Source: an uncultured delta proteobacterium
GTDB lineage: Bacteria > Desulfobacterota > Syntrophobacteria > BM002
Direction of reading: 5' to 3'
NCBI GenBank assembly: GCA_963712115.1
Contig: CAVQGX010000032.1
Span: 64,001 to 128,000 of the forward strand
DNA length: 64,000 bases
The position numbers and the translations under genes are program-made. The notes beneath the pieces were generated by a model. The model made no database searches and was not told where the DNA came from. It worked only from the letters and a program-made list of their open reading frames with translations. Shown piece by piece: positions 55,769 to 64,000 of the stretch. Numbering within the stretch: position 1 is the first letter of the stretch; the number at the start of each line of letters is the position of its first letter.

Positions 55769-56701
55769 CTAAAAGCTCAAACGTAAGTGGAGCGCCAGTC
55801 GATCTTTCCCAGGTTCCATACCGAAAGAAAGCCGGTATTTTTCCTTGAGCTCCCGGCGATATTTACTTTCATCTTTCTGATTCTCTTCTCTGGCTGCTTG
55901 GGCTGCACTCCGAATTCCGCCTACATACCAGCCCAATTCGAAGAATACCAGGATTCCGCCAAGAACCGGGCTGTCATGTTCAAAGGCCAAAACTGCTCCG
56001 GCTATAAAAAGAGTGTTGAGTAAAAAAGATGAGGCAGCCTGTCCTGGGCGACCCGCATAAAGGTGGCCTGAACCTGGCAAAACCGCGGACAGTGCTCCTG
56101 CCATTACTGGAGACCTCTCCTTTTCTTCCGGCCGCTGGTGCAATGCTTGGCGAAGTGATCTTGCTCTGGGATAGTGTTTACTCTGTGGCTGGATCCGCTC
56201 AAGGGTTGCCATTGCTGACTTATATCTGCCGCTGTCGATCTGGAGCCACGCCAAGCTTAGGTACACGTTATCAAGTTCTGTATAGTCGGGATACCTCTCA
56301 ATAAACTGCTTGGCCCAATAGATGGCCCTCGGGTAACGTTCCTGTTCCTCCCGGATCGCTATCATTTCTAACAAGGCCTCAGGCCCAACCGGCTCTTCCG
56401 CCCTAGAATTGAATAATCTGATCAGGTAACTAAAAGCTTTATCACCCTTACCCTCCCGACGATAGCACCTGCCAATTTGGAGTTTGGCCTGATCATTCCT
56501 GTCATCTTTTGGAAAGAGAAAGACAAAACGTTGGTACTCACTCGAGGCCCGGTAATAGTCTTGCTTGTCATACAGGTGATTTGCAAAGTCCCACAGACGA
56601 TCCGCCCTTTCCTCAGCCGCGACTGGCTGGGCCAGTACCGTGAAGTGTAAAAGAAAAATCCAGCACCAGCCAAATCTGCCTAGTAATAGGGAGCGAACCA
56701 T
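55769..56701 (-). CDS. TPR (BamD-like) envelope protein with C-terminal hydrophobic motif
   Basis: Signal peptide, TPRs (YQRFVFLFP), LSAVLPGSGHLYAG. Confidence 0.7.
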   Translation of the reverse strand: MVRSLLLGRFGWCWIFLLHFTVLAQPVAAEERADRLWDFANHLYDKQDYYRASSEYQRFVFLFPKDDRNDQAKLQIGRCYRREGKGDKAFSYLIRLFNSRAEEPVGPEALLEMIAIREEQERYPRAIYWAKQFIERYPDYTELDNVYLSLAWLQIDSGRYKSAMATLERIQPQSKHYPRARSLRQALHQRPEEKERSPVMAGALSAVLPGSGHLYAGRPGQAASSFLLNTLFIAGAVLAFEHDSPVLGGILVFFELGWYVGGIRSAAQAAREENQKDESKYRRELKEKYRLSFGMEPGKDRLALHLRLSF

Positions 56702-57258
56702 TGCCTCATCCGCTTTAACTCTTGAGTGGATTGATCGTCCTCATCTACCTTCTTTTCCAAAGCTTTCTCTATCTTCTTTTCTATGTTTTCTCGGTTATTC
56801 CGCCGCTCAACATAGTCGCTGTCTAACTCCCGGGCCTTCAGATAGGCTTTGCCCGCATCCATATAGCGTTTCTGGTGGAAGAGAGCCACTGCCAAATTGT
56901 ATTGCGCTTTGCAGTACTGCGGATTTAGTCTGACAGCCTGGCGAAACTCCCTCTCTGCCTGGTCGGGGAGCCTTTGCTTGAGATAGACAACTCCTAGATT
57001 ATTGTGAGGAATCGGGTAGGTACCGTCAAGTTCGATTGCTTTTGTGAAATGAGTTTCCGCTTCTTGTAGATCTCCCGACTTGAGGTAGTAGTAGCCAAGG
57101 GCATTCCAGTAGGGAGCTTTCTGTGGATGGGTCTGGACGAGCTTTTTGTAACGTTCGATACCACGGGCCGCCGGCAATTCACTATCCTTCGCCAACAGAG
57201 GCACAGTGTTGATCAGCATAAGAAATGTCAGTATGCTAACAATCCTTCTAGGAGTCAA
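56680..57258 (-). CDS. Secreted TPR protein
   Basis: Signal peptide; NALGYYY, HNNLGVVY, YNLAVAL. Confidence 0.8.
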   Translation of the reverse strand: MTPRRIVSILTFLMLINTVPLLAKDSELPAARGIERYKKLVQTHPQKAPYWNALGYYYLKSGDLQEAETHFTKAIELDGTYPIPHNNLGVVYLKQRLPDQAEREFRQAVRLNPQYCKAQYNLAVALFHQKRYMDAGKAYLKARELDSDYVERRNNRENIEKKIEKALEKKVDEDDQSTQELKRMRQWFAPYY

Positions 57259-57349
57259 ACTTCTTTCTGTCCTCTCTCACCTGGTAATATGGCACTGTGC
57301 CGCGGGACGGGAGGTCGCACCCATCTCACAGTTTATTGTCGTTTACTGC

Positions 57350-58768
57350 CTACTCATTTCCACCTTCCGTCTTCTGCTCTCTGTCTTCTGCCCTCTGTCT
57401 TCTGCCCTCTGCCTGCTTTCCCCTACTCCCCGTCCTCCGTCTTTGGCGCTCTTCCCGAACCTGGTGGCGCCAGTGCCTCAAACGCTCTGCCAGAGTCACC
57501 TCATAGCCTCGACTTGTGGGCTGGTAAAATTTAAGGTGCTGCAAATCCTCCGGCAGGTAACTCATGGGTACGTGAGCCTCCGGAAAATCATGAGGATAAC
57601 GGTAGTCGCGGCCATAACCCAACTTGCGCATCAGGCCCGTCGGTGCGTTGCGCAGCTCCATTGGTACTGGCAAGCTGCCCCTTTCCTCGGCCTGCCGGCG
57701 AGCTTCGGAGTAAGCCTCATAAAGGGCATTGCTTTTTGGCGCCGTCGCCAGATAGATTGCTGCTTCAGCCAGGGCCAGATCTCCTTCAGGCCGTCCCACT
57801 AAATGAAAGGCCTGCTGGGCTGCCACCGCTACCATAAGAGCCCGAGGATCGGCTAAACCCACATCTTCCGAGGCGAAACGCACCATTCTGCGAGCAATGT
57901 AAAGAGGGTCCTCTCCCGCCTCTAGCATTCTAGCAAGCCAGTAAAGGGCCCCGTCCGGATCGCTTCCGCGCAAACTTTTGTGGAGAGCCGAAATCAGGTT
58001 GTAGTGTTCCTCGCCGTCTTTGTCATAAATAAGAGACTTCTTCAGGATCGCATCTGCCATTGCCTGGCGGTCTACTTGACGATAACCACTCTCATCCTCA
58101 GCAGTAGTCTGCGCCGCCGCCTCCAAGCCACTCAGGGCCAAACGGGCATCTCCTTTTGCCGCTCGGATCAAATAAGTCAGGGCGTCATTGTCCACCTTGG
58201 GTCTCAGACCTCCCAATCCCCTTTCTTTGTCAGCCAGGGCGCGACGGAGAATAAGTTCCAGATCGGACTCATTCAAAGGTTCGAGCACCACCACTGGTGC
58301 TCGCGAAAGGAGTGGCGGAATGACTTCAAAGGAAGGATTCTCTGTGGTTGCCCCGAAAAAAGTTACCGTACCGTTCTCCACATATGGGAGGAGTAGGTCC
58401 TGCTGGGCCTTGTTGAAGCGATGAATTTCATCCACAAATAGTATAGTGGGCCTACCTATTTTTTGCCTGGCTTCATCTATGGCAGCACGAACGTCCTTGA
58501 CTCCAGCAGTGACAGCGGAAAGGTTTATCAGGTGAGCATGATTCTCTTGCGCTATTAACCGGGCCAGAGTGGTTTTACCGCAACCTGGTGGTCCCCAGAA
58601 AATTAGGGATTGCATCCGACCATGCTTGAGCAGACGGCCCAAAAGCTTTTGAGGAGCCATGATTTGCTCCTGCCCCACAAACTCAGCCACGGTGGTAGGC
58701 CGCATTCTCTCTGCCAGTGGTGCTTCTGACTCCCTGCCAGCCGTTGCAAAAAAATCCTCTTGTTTCAA
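57350..58768 (-). CDS. rarA: Replication-associated recombination protein A (MgsA/RarA)
   Basis: [47 protein letters not shown]; repeat-derived tail. Confidence 0.96.
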   Translation of the reverse strand: MKQEDFFATAGRESEAPLAERMRPTTVAEFVGQEQIMAPQKLLGRLLKHGRMQSLIFWGPPGCGKTTLARLIAQENHAHLINLSAVTAGVKDVRAAIDEARQKIGRPTILFVDEIHRFNKAQQDLLLPYVENGTVTFFGATTENPSFEVIPPLLSRAPVVVLEPLNESDLELILRRALADKERGLGGLRPKVDNDALTYLIRAAKGDARLALSGLEAAAQTTAEDESGYRQVDRQAMADAILKKSLIYDKDGEEHYNLISALHKSLRGSDPDGALYWLARMLEAGEDPLYIARRMVRFASEDVGLADPRALMVAVAAQQAFHLVGRPEGDLALAEAAIYLATAPKSNALYEAYSEARRQAEERGSLPVPMELRNAPTGLMRKLGYGRDYRYPHDFPEAHVPMSYLPEDLQHLKFYQPTSRGYEVTLAERLRHWRHQVREERQRRRTGSRGKQAEGRRQRAEDREQKTEGGNE

Positions 58769-58796
58769 AGCCCCATCCGCCCATATTAGGAATTAA

Positions 58797-58871
58797 TCAG
58801 CAGCTAGCTATCAGCCATCAGCAAGATATGATCTTGCATCAGCTGACCACTGAAATCTGATAGCTGACAGC
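58797..58871. repeat. Heptamer-periodic inverted repeat in the rarA leader
   Basis: gctatca gccatca gc ... gctgacc actgaaa tctgata gctgaca gc. Confidence 0.65.
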
Positions 58872-58908
58872 TCGACTATCATTAGTGATTTCAAGGGATT
58901 TGAGCGAA

Positions 58909-58937
58909 ACCTTACCCCAAGCATACTGGTTTGTCAA
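58909..58937 (-). promoter_or_regulatory. Sigma-70 promoter of rarA
   Basis: TTGACA-17 bp-TAAGGT. Confidence 0.7.
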
Positions 58938-58950
58938 TGGAGGTAGGCAA

Positions 58951-59377
58951 CAGGAGTTTCGCCAAGAATATTATTGTGACATAGGCCACGGGAAGGCTAC
59001 TCCACAACGATCATATTCGCGCCATTTATTGGCAGAGTTCCTGTTCAGGAAGCACCACATCTTCATGCAACCCCTTTCAAGGCTGAGATTGTTAAGGATA
59101 GGTTGCTCAGATGCTCGTTGTTTCGCAGCCTCCCCTTTCGGCCTTTGCTGATGTCTCTTCTGAGTGACCTGCCCTGTTGAATCCCACCTTCGGTGGGTCC
59201 GCGGAGCGGAATTCAACAGGGCTAGCGGAAGGTCTGTGCCACTTCTCCGCCGACGGCGGATGAGACTCGGAACTATAGAAGAAACACCAGGAAACCATTT
59301 TTGTTTCCAAATCACCCACAACTCTATAATGAGCTGAATCCACAGCCACGAGGCAAGAAATTTTGGAGAAATTACTG
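58951..59377. mobile_element. Family C MITE, apparently complete copy (427 bp including a nested hairpin)
   Basis: Imperfect TIRs caggagtttcgccaagaata / aaattttggagaaattactg; degenerate 10-bp flanks aggtaggcaa / aggcaggtag. Confidence 0.8.
59169..59224. repeat. Hairpin inserted within the Family C element
   Basis: gccctgttgaat...attcaacagggc; absent from the 32260-32545 copy (gtgac-t-gcggaagg). Confidence 0.85.
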
Positions 59378-59451
59378 AGGCAGGTAGGTGAGTAATGCGA
59401 GGGACTTTCGCTAATTACTAAGCGGGTGTAGTGGCTAGTGAGAAATCTTCC

Positions 59452-60159
59452 TTACTCTCCCAAATAGGCCTCCCTTACCTTGGGATTTTCCAACAGGGAG
59501 CGAGCCTTGTCTTCGAGTACAACCCTTCCAGTCTCAATAACATATCCGTAGTCAGCCAACTCCAGGGCAGCCTGGGCATTTTGCTCTACCAGAAGAATGG
59601 TAACACCCTGCTCCTCCCTGATCTGGCGGATTATGCCCATGATATGTTCTACTATCAAGGGGGCCAACCCCAAGGAAGGTTCATCCAGCAGAAGCAGCCT
59701 TGGGGTACTCATCAAACCTCTGGCAATGGCGAGCATTTGCTGCTCGCCCCCGGAAAGGGTCCCACCCACTTGCTTTCGTCGCTCCTCTAGAATGGGAAAA
59801 AGGGAAAAAGCCCTCATGAGGGAGTCATTGATCCCTTTTTTGTCCTTCCTCAAGTAGGCGCCAAGGGTAAGATTTTCCTGCACAGTGAGCAGTGGAAAAA
59901 TTCTCCGTCCTTCAGGTACCTGTACGATCCCCCGCCGCACGATCTCCTCAGGAGCGCGGCCATTGATGGCTTTTCCTTGGAACTCTATATCACCTGAGGT
60001 AATCCGCTGAATGCCGCTAATGGACATGAGGGTGGTGGATTTGCCTGCACCATTAGCACCTATGAGGCAGCAAATACTGCCCTCCTTGACCTCCAAGGAA
60101 ACTCCCTTCAAGGCGTGAATCTGCCCATAGTAGCTTTGGATTTCTTTAAGTTTTAGCAT
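59452..60159 (-). CDS. livF: Branched-chain amino acid ABC transporter ATP-binding protein
   Basis: GANGAGKST, VPEGRRIF, LSGGEQQMLA, LDEPSLGLAP, VEQN; likely start 60159. Confidence 0.95.
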   Translation of the reverse strand: MLKLKEIQSYYGQIHALKGVSLEVKEGSICCLIGANGAGKSTTLMSISGIQRITSGDIEFQGKAINGRAPEEIVRRGIVQVPEGRRIFPLLTVQENLTLGAYLRKDKKGINDSLMRAFSLFPILEERRKQVGGTLSGGEQQMLAIARGLMSTPRLLLLDEPSLGLAPLIVEHIMGIIRQIREEQGVTILLVEQNAQAALELADYGYVIETGRVVLEDKARSLLENPKVREAYLGE

Positions 60160-61345
60160 CAGCCGAGCCCCTGCCGAGATAAGCTTCAATCACCCTCGGA
60201 TTGGCCCTGATTTCATCCGGGGTTCCTTGGGCAATGAGCACACCGTGATCAAGGGCATAGATATGGTCGGCTAGGTTCATCATCACTTTCATATCATGCT
60301 CGATGATCAGTACTGTGATCCCTTGGTCGCGGATTTTGCGGATAAGCTGCATGAGCCGAGATGACTCCTGGGGATTCATCCCTGCTGCCGGCTCATCCAG
60401 TAGTAGCAAGCGGGGGTGGGAAGCCAGGGCTCGAGCCAATTCCAGTCTCCGCTGCTCACCATAAGCCAGGGCCCCAGAAAGGTCGAAAGCCCTGTGCTCC
60501 AGACCCACGAACCTGAGATGCTCCAAGGCTTCTACTTCTATCTTTTTTTCTTCGTCTCGTTGGGAATGGGTGCGAAAAAGGGTGCCATATATTCTTTGAG
60601 CCATTCTTCCGTGAGCACCTATCCTGACGTTATCCAAAACACTCAAAGTAAGAAAGAGACGGATGTTCTGGAAAGTCCTGGCCACGCCCAACCTGTTAAT
60701 TGCGTCCGGGCCCAACCTGAACCCATAAAGATGACGCACTTCGCGCAGGAGCAACTGCCAGCCGAGATATGTGCTGAAGGCAATGGCCAGGATAGACCAC
60801 GGCAAAGCCAAATATGTCAGCGGCACCGCCACGCCAGGCAGGTGTCCCAGGGAAGCGGGGTGGGTCAACCACCAGATAGCCAGATAAAGGTCTCCCAGAA
60901 TAAAGACGAACATGGTGCTCCAGGCCCAAATTTCAAACTCTCTCAGGCCCCGCACCACGACCATCCGTATACTCAAAATAAAAATGGCCAGTAGAGTCAG
61001 CTCAACTTTAAAAAAGGTTCTGGGTAAGAAAAAAGACCAGAAGAGTACAATCCATGCCAGACTTAGAATTATAAAGAGCCAAGAAAGCCGCTGGACGAGC
61101 GCTGCTTTTCGGCTCGAAAGTTTTGGCACAACCGACTTTTCTTGAAAGAGCACTTGGCCTTCCGTGGGATAGTAAAGCCCCGTAAGGCAGTTAAAAAGAG
61201 TGGTCTTTCCTGCGCCGTTGGGCCCGATAATGCCCACGATCTTGCCGGTCTCCACCTCTAGACTTACCCGGCTCAGGGCGCTGAGGCCCCCGAAAACTTT
61301 GGAAAGCTCACTAACCCTGAGGATAGAATCCATACTAAGGTTCAC
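60146..61345 (-). CDS. livG: Branched-chain amino acid ABC ATP-binding protein with inserted hydrophobic domain
   Basis: GPNGAGKTT, ARTFQNIRLF, LAYGEQRRLE, LDEPAAG, IEHDM; ~135-aa insert. Confidence 0.9.
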   Translation of the reverse strand: MNLSMDSILRVSELSKVFGGLSALSRVSLEVETGKIVGIIGPNGAGKTTLFNCLTGLYYPTEGQVLFQEKSVVPKLSSRKAALVQRLSWLFIILSLAWIVLFWSFFLPRTFFKVELTLLAIFILSIRMVVVRGLREFEIWAWSTMFVFILGDLYLAIWWLTHPASLGHLPGVAVPLTYLALPWSILAIAFSTYLGWQLLLREVRHLYGFRLGPDAINRLGVARTFQNIRLFLTLSVLDNVRIGAHGRMAQRIYGTLFRTHSQRDEEKKIEVEALEHLRFVGLEHRAFDLSGALAYGEQRRLELARALASHPRLLLLDEPAAGMNPQESSRLMQLIRKIRDQGITVLIIEHDMKVMMNLADHIYALDHGVLIAQGTPDEIRANPRVIEAYLGRGSADAKT

Positions 61346-62346
61346 TCCTTGCTACCAAGGGTTGCTAAACGCTGCCGGATTCGTGCCGCCTTACTCTCCT
61401 GCGCCCTATCAAAGGGAATAAGCCCTGCAGGACGCCAGCGCATCATCAAAACTAGGATCAAACCATAGATTAGATAACGGGCACTAAACATTCCTTGGGG
61501 CAAAATGGCCCGGAGAACCTCGGCCAGGGGAATGAGGATAAGGGCTCCGAGCATGGTACCGGTGATACTCCCCATGCCGCCGAAGACTATTAGGCAGAGG
61601 ATGAGGATGGATTCCCAGAACTTGAACATATCAGGGTGGATAAACTTGAACCACCTGGCGAAGAAAGCACCTCCCATCGCACCAATGGAGGCGCTTATGG
61701 CGAAGGCAATAATTTTGTAACGGATGAGGTTAATCCCGCAACACTGGGCGGCTATCTCATCCTCCTTTATGGCAAACCAGGCCCGCCCGAGGCGCGAGTC
61801 TTCTAGCCTGCTAACCACCAACATCACTAGCATCAGGAGTAGGAGCACCAGATAGTAAAACTCCCATTCCAGCTTCAGAGGGTGGCCAAAAATAACAGGA
61901 GGTGAAATGCCTGGAAGCCCCATGGGTCCGCGGGTAAGCCAAAGTTCATTGCGGATCACTAAAACCACAAGCTCAGAGAAGCCAAAGGTTACAATGGCAA
62001 AATAATCTCCCGTGAGGCGTAGTGTAGGTGCCCCGAGTAAGATCCCCCACATAGCGCCGTTTAGGGCGGCCAGCGGCAGAATCACCCAAAAGCTTAGATC
62101 GTAATGGATGGTGAGCAACCCTGCTGTATAGGCGCCTATCCCATAAAATCCCACGTAGCCGAGGTCTAAAAGTCCGGTAAATCCCGGCACAATATTAAGT
62201 CCCAATGCCAGGATCATATAGAGTATGGCAGTGGTAATCACCCTGAGAAAATAATTTGTCGAAGTGCCCAAAGGCAACCAGGGCAAAACAATGGCAAATA
62301 CAAGAATAGCCGCGAATTTCCACCGGGGAGACATCTTGGGCATCAT
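61342..62346 (-). CDS. livM: Branched-chain amino acid ABC permease
   Basis: GLNIVPGFTGLLDLGY, RLTGDYFAIVTFGF, SRLGRAW..IKEDEIAA. Confidence 0.94.
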   Translation of the reverse strand: MMPKMSPRWKFAAILVFAIVLPWLPLGTSTNYFLRVITTAILYMILALGLNIVPGFTGLLDLGYVGFYGIGAYTAGLLTIHYDLSFWVILPLAALNGAMWGILLGAPTLRLTGDYFAIVTFGFSELVVLVIRNELWLTRGPMGLPGISPPVIFGHPLKLEWEFYYLVLLLLMLVMLVVSRLEDSRLGRAWFAIKEDEIAAQCCGINLIRYKIIAFAISASIGAMGGAFFARWFKFIHPDMFKFWESILILCLIVFGGMGSITGTMLGALILIPLAEVLRAILPQGMFSARYLIYGLILVLMMRWRPAGLIPFDRAQESKAARIRQRLATLGSKE

Positions 62347-63257
62347 ACTTTCTCCCCCAATATTTGCCCTATGAGACCCGAGGGTTTGAAAATTATAACT
62401 AAGATCATAACAGCATAAGAAATGCCGTCCCGATAGGAGGAGGAAAGATAGCCTGCTCCTAGAACCTCTGCTATCCCCAAGACACCTCCACCTAGCATGG
62501 CTCCCGGCACACTGCCAATGCCTCCGAGCACCGCTGCAGCGAAAGCCTTTACTCCCGCAATGTACCCCATAGTGGGGAAGATGGCGTTATAGTAAAGGCC
62601 AACAAGTATTCCGGCCATACCTCCCATGGCCGAGCCGATGGCGAAAGTAAAAGAGATGACTCTGTTGACTCCTATGCCCATGAGGGCGGAGGTAACCTTG
62701 TCCTGCGAAATGGCACGCATGGCCATGCCCACTTTGGTCTTGTGAATAATGAGGTGCAAAATGAGCATAAAGATTACGGTGACTGAAAGGATGAAGACCT
62801 GGAGCCAAGTCAAGGAAACATCCCCCACAGTGAGTGCCGCTTTGTAGAATACGGTGGGCAGGACGTCTCGCGGGAAGGACTTAATCTGGGACCCCCAAAT
62901 GAGCAAGGCAAGATTCTGGAGGAAAATGGACATGCCAATAGCAGTAATCAAGGCCGCTAATCTCGGTGCTGTTCGCAGTGGGCGATAAGCGACATAGTCT
63001 AAAATAACTCCAAAAACAGCGCAGATCAAAAGCGTCGTCAGGAACGCCACAAAAAACGGCAGCCGCAATACGCTCACCTGAGTGTAAGCCAGAAAGGCCC
63101 CCAACATGTAAATCTCGCCGTGGGCAAAATTTATCAGCTGGATCACTCCATAGACCATGGTGTAGCCCACAGCAATAAGAGCATAAACCCCACCCAAAGT
63201 GATGCCGTTGACCATTTGCTGGAGAAAAAGGCTTGATATGTCCAGAAGGTTTTCCAC
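62343..63257 (-). CDS. livH: Branched-chain amino acid ABC permease
   Basis: NGITLGGVYALIAVGYTMVYG, NFAHGE, KAFAAAVLGGIG. Confidence 0.95.
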   Translation of the reverse strand: MENLLDISSLFLQQMVNGITLGGVYALIAVGYTMVYGVIQLINFAHGEIYMLGAFLAYTQVSVLRLPFFVAFLTTLLICAVFGVILDYVAYRPLRTAPRLAALITAIGMSIFLQNLALLIWGSQIKSFPRDVLPTVFYKAALTVGDVSLTWLQVFILSVTVIFMLILHLIIHKTKVGMAMRAISQDKVTSALMGIGVNRVISFTFAIGSAMGGMAGILVGLYYNAIFPTMGYIAGVKAFAAAVLGGIGSVPGAMLGGGVLGIAEVLGAGYLSSSYRDGISYAVMILVIIFKPSGLIGQILGEKV

Positions 63258-63274
63258 TGAAAGACCTCGACTTA

Positions 63275-63475
63275 ACCCGGATATTTCATGAATTGCTGTC
63301 GCGAGACCGCGCAGATGGGCGTGCCACCTGGCAACCGTCCCGCGCTACCGCGGGATTGGCTCCGAGGCGTACCTGAACGGTACGTCGCAGGGACCGACAC
63401 CCGAGGACGCCAGGAAGGACGGCAATATCCGCGGTCGCAGTCACGCCAGGGCGTGAATTCATGAAATATCCTGGT
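63275..63475 (+). mobile_element. Family A element, copy 3 (201 bp, two internal mini-hairpin replacements)
   Basis: TIR acccggatatttcatgaatt / aattcatgaaatatcctggt; TA flanks. Confidence 0.88.
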
Positions 63476-63476
63476 T

Positions 63477-63510
63477 AAAAAAGGGCAGGCCAAATATTGA
63501 CCTGCCCTTC
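63477..63510 (-). terminator. Hairpin/terminator after the substrate-binding protein gene
   Basis: gaagggcagg-loop-cctgccc followed by T6. Confidence 0.75.
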
Positions 63511-63528
63511 AGCCAAATCCTCTAGCGC

Positions 63529-64000
63529 CTATTGCAGTTGCTCTTTAGAGCTAACCCACTTGCCATTTTTGATCTCCTTGATAAAGGCGGCTTTGAGGCA
63601 ATCACCGTTTTCGTCAAAGTAGGTCTTGCCTGTAACTCCCACATAAGCCTTATCTAGGGAGTTGATCCCTGCCAGATAGGCCTGGATCTTTTCTCGGTCC
63701 ATGCCTACTGCCTTGATGGCTTCCGCTGCCATGCCCACCGCATCGTAAGTGTTCGCGGCAAACCAGTTGGGATCCTTCCCGTAAACCCGCTTGTAAGATT
63801 CGATGAACTGAGCGGCCTGCGGCCCTGCCTTGTCCGGCAAAAATGGTGTGGTGACAAAGAGTCCCTCGGCGTCGGGATTCTTGACCATAAGGTCGTCGTC
63901 AAGACCGTCAGCCCCAAACATACCAACCTTCAAACCTAGACTGATCGCCTGGCTAGCAATAAGGGTTCCCTGGGGCGCGTAGCCCGGAATGAATATGGCA
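63529..64000 (-). CDS. Branched-chain amino acid ABC substrate-binding protein (LivJ/LivK-like), 5' end beyond the window
   Basis: Frame open to the window edge; FGADG, ANTYDAV, GVTGKTYFDENGD; upstream of livHMGF. Confidence 0.85.
   Translation of the reverse strand, partial: AIFIPGYAPQGTLIASQAISLGLKVGMFGADGLDDDLMVKNPDAEGLFVTTPFLPDKAGPQAAQFIESYKRVYGKDPNWFAANTYDAVGMAAEAIKAVGMDREKIQAYLAGINSLDKAYVGVTGKTYFDENGDCLKAAFIKEIKNGKWVSSKEQLQ

Noticed and set aside
58885-59349. ORFs within Family C copies (e.g. MKMWCFLNR..., HGKATPQRSY...)
   Set aside because: Similarity follows from nucleotide repeat identity; starts and stops are not conserved between copies; no transposase motif recognised.
60416-60994. 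192-aa plus-strand ORF over the LivG insert
   Set aside because: Antisense to intact livG; its hydrophilic composition is expected opposite a hydrophobic frame.
1-64000. tRNA, rRNA, selC, prophage, transposase or defence genes
   Set aside because: None recognised; all long ORFs are explained as housekeeping genes.

Overview
Core chromosomal window from a bacterium. The gene set (cobA-hemD fusion, selA, hrcA/CIRCE, smc, glyQS, sigma-54 two-component system, lptD) suggests Desulfobacterota/deltaproteobacteria (inference). It holds about 45 housekeeping CDS: aspartate aminotransferase (partial), truA, argC, rpsI, rplM, lptD, folC, UvrD-like helicase, cobA/hemD, hemC, gmhA, sppA, ilvA, selA, bioY, mfd, surA, asnS, rodZ, recO, glyQS, smc, ftsY, glgC, gatCA, dnaK-grpE-hrcA, rarA and livJHMGF. 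I see no rRNA, tRNA, CRISPR array, prophage or transposase. The interesting signal is mostly intergenic. (1) A MITE-like family whose terminal inverted repeat sits 12-13 bp upstream of a sigma-70 -35 box in 4 of 4 occurrences (rplM, glyQ, smc, rarA). (2) A histidine kinase plus a sigma-54 activator with a non-Fis winged-helix DNA-binding domain, followed by four 11-bp direct repeats, a -24/-12 promoter and a terminated ~120-nt CU-rich sRNA candidate. (3) Two further MITE families, one with covarying stems. (4) Small GC-rich hairpins nested inside other repeats. (5) Many 7-9-mer periodic palindromes. In addition, LivG carries a ~135-aa hydrophobic insertion inside its ATPase domain. All coordinates and alignments were read by eye; no database searches were run.
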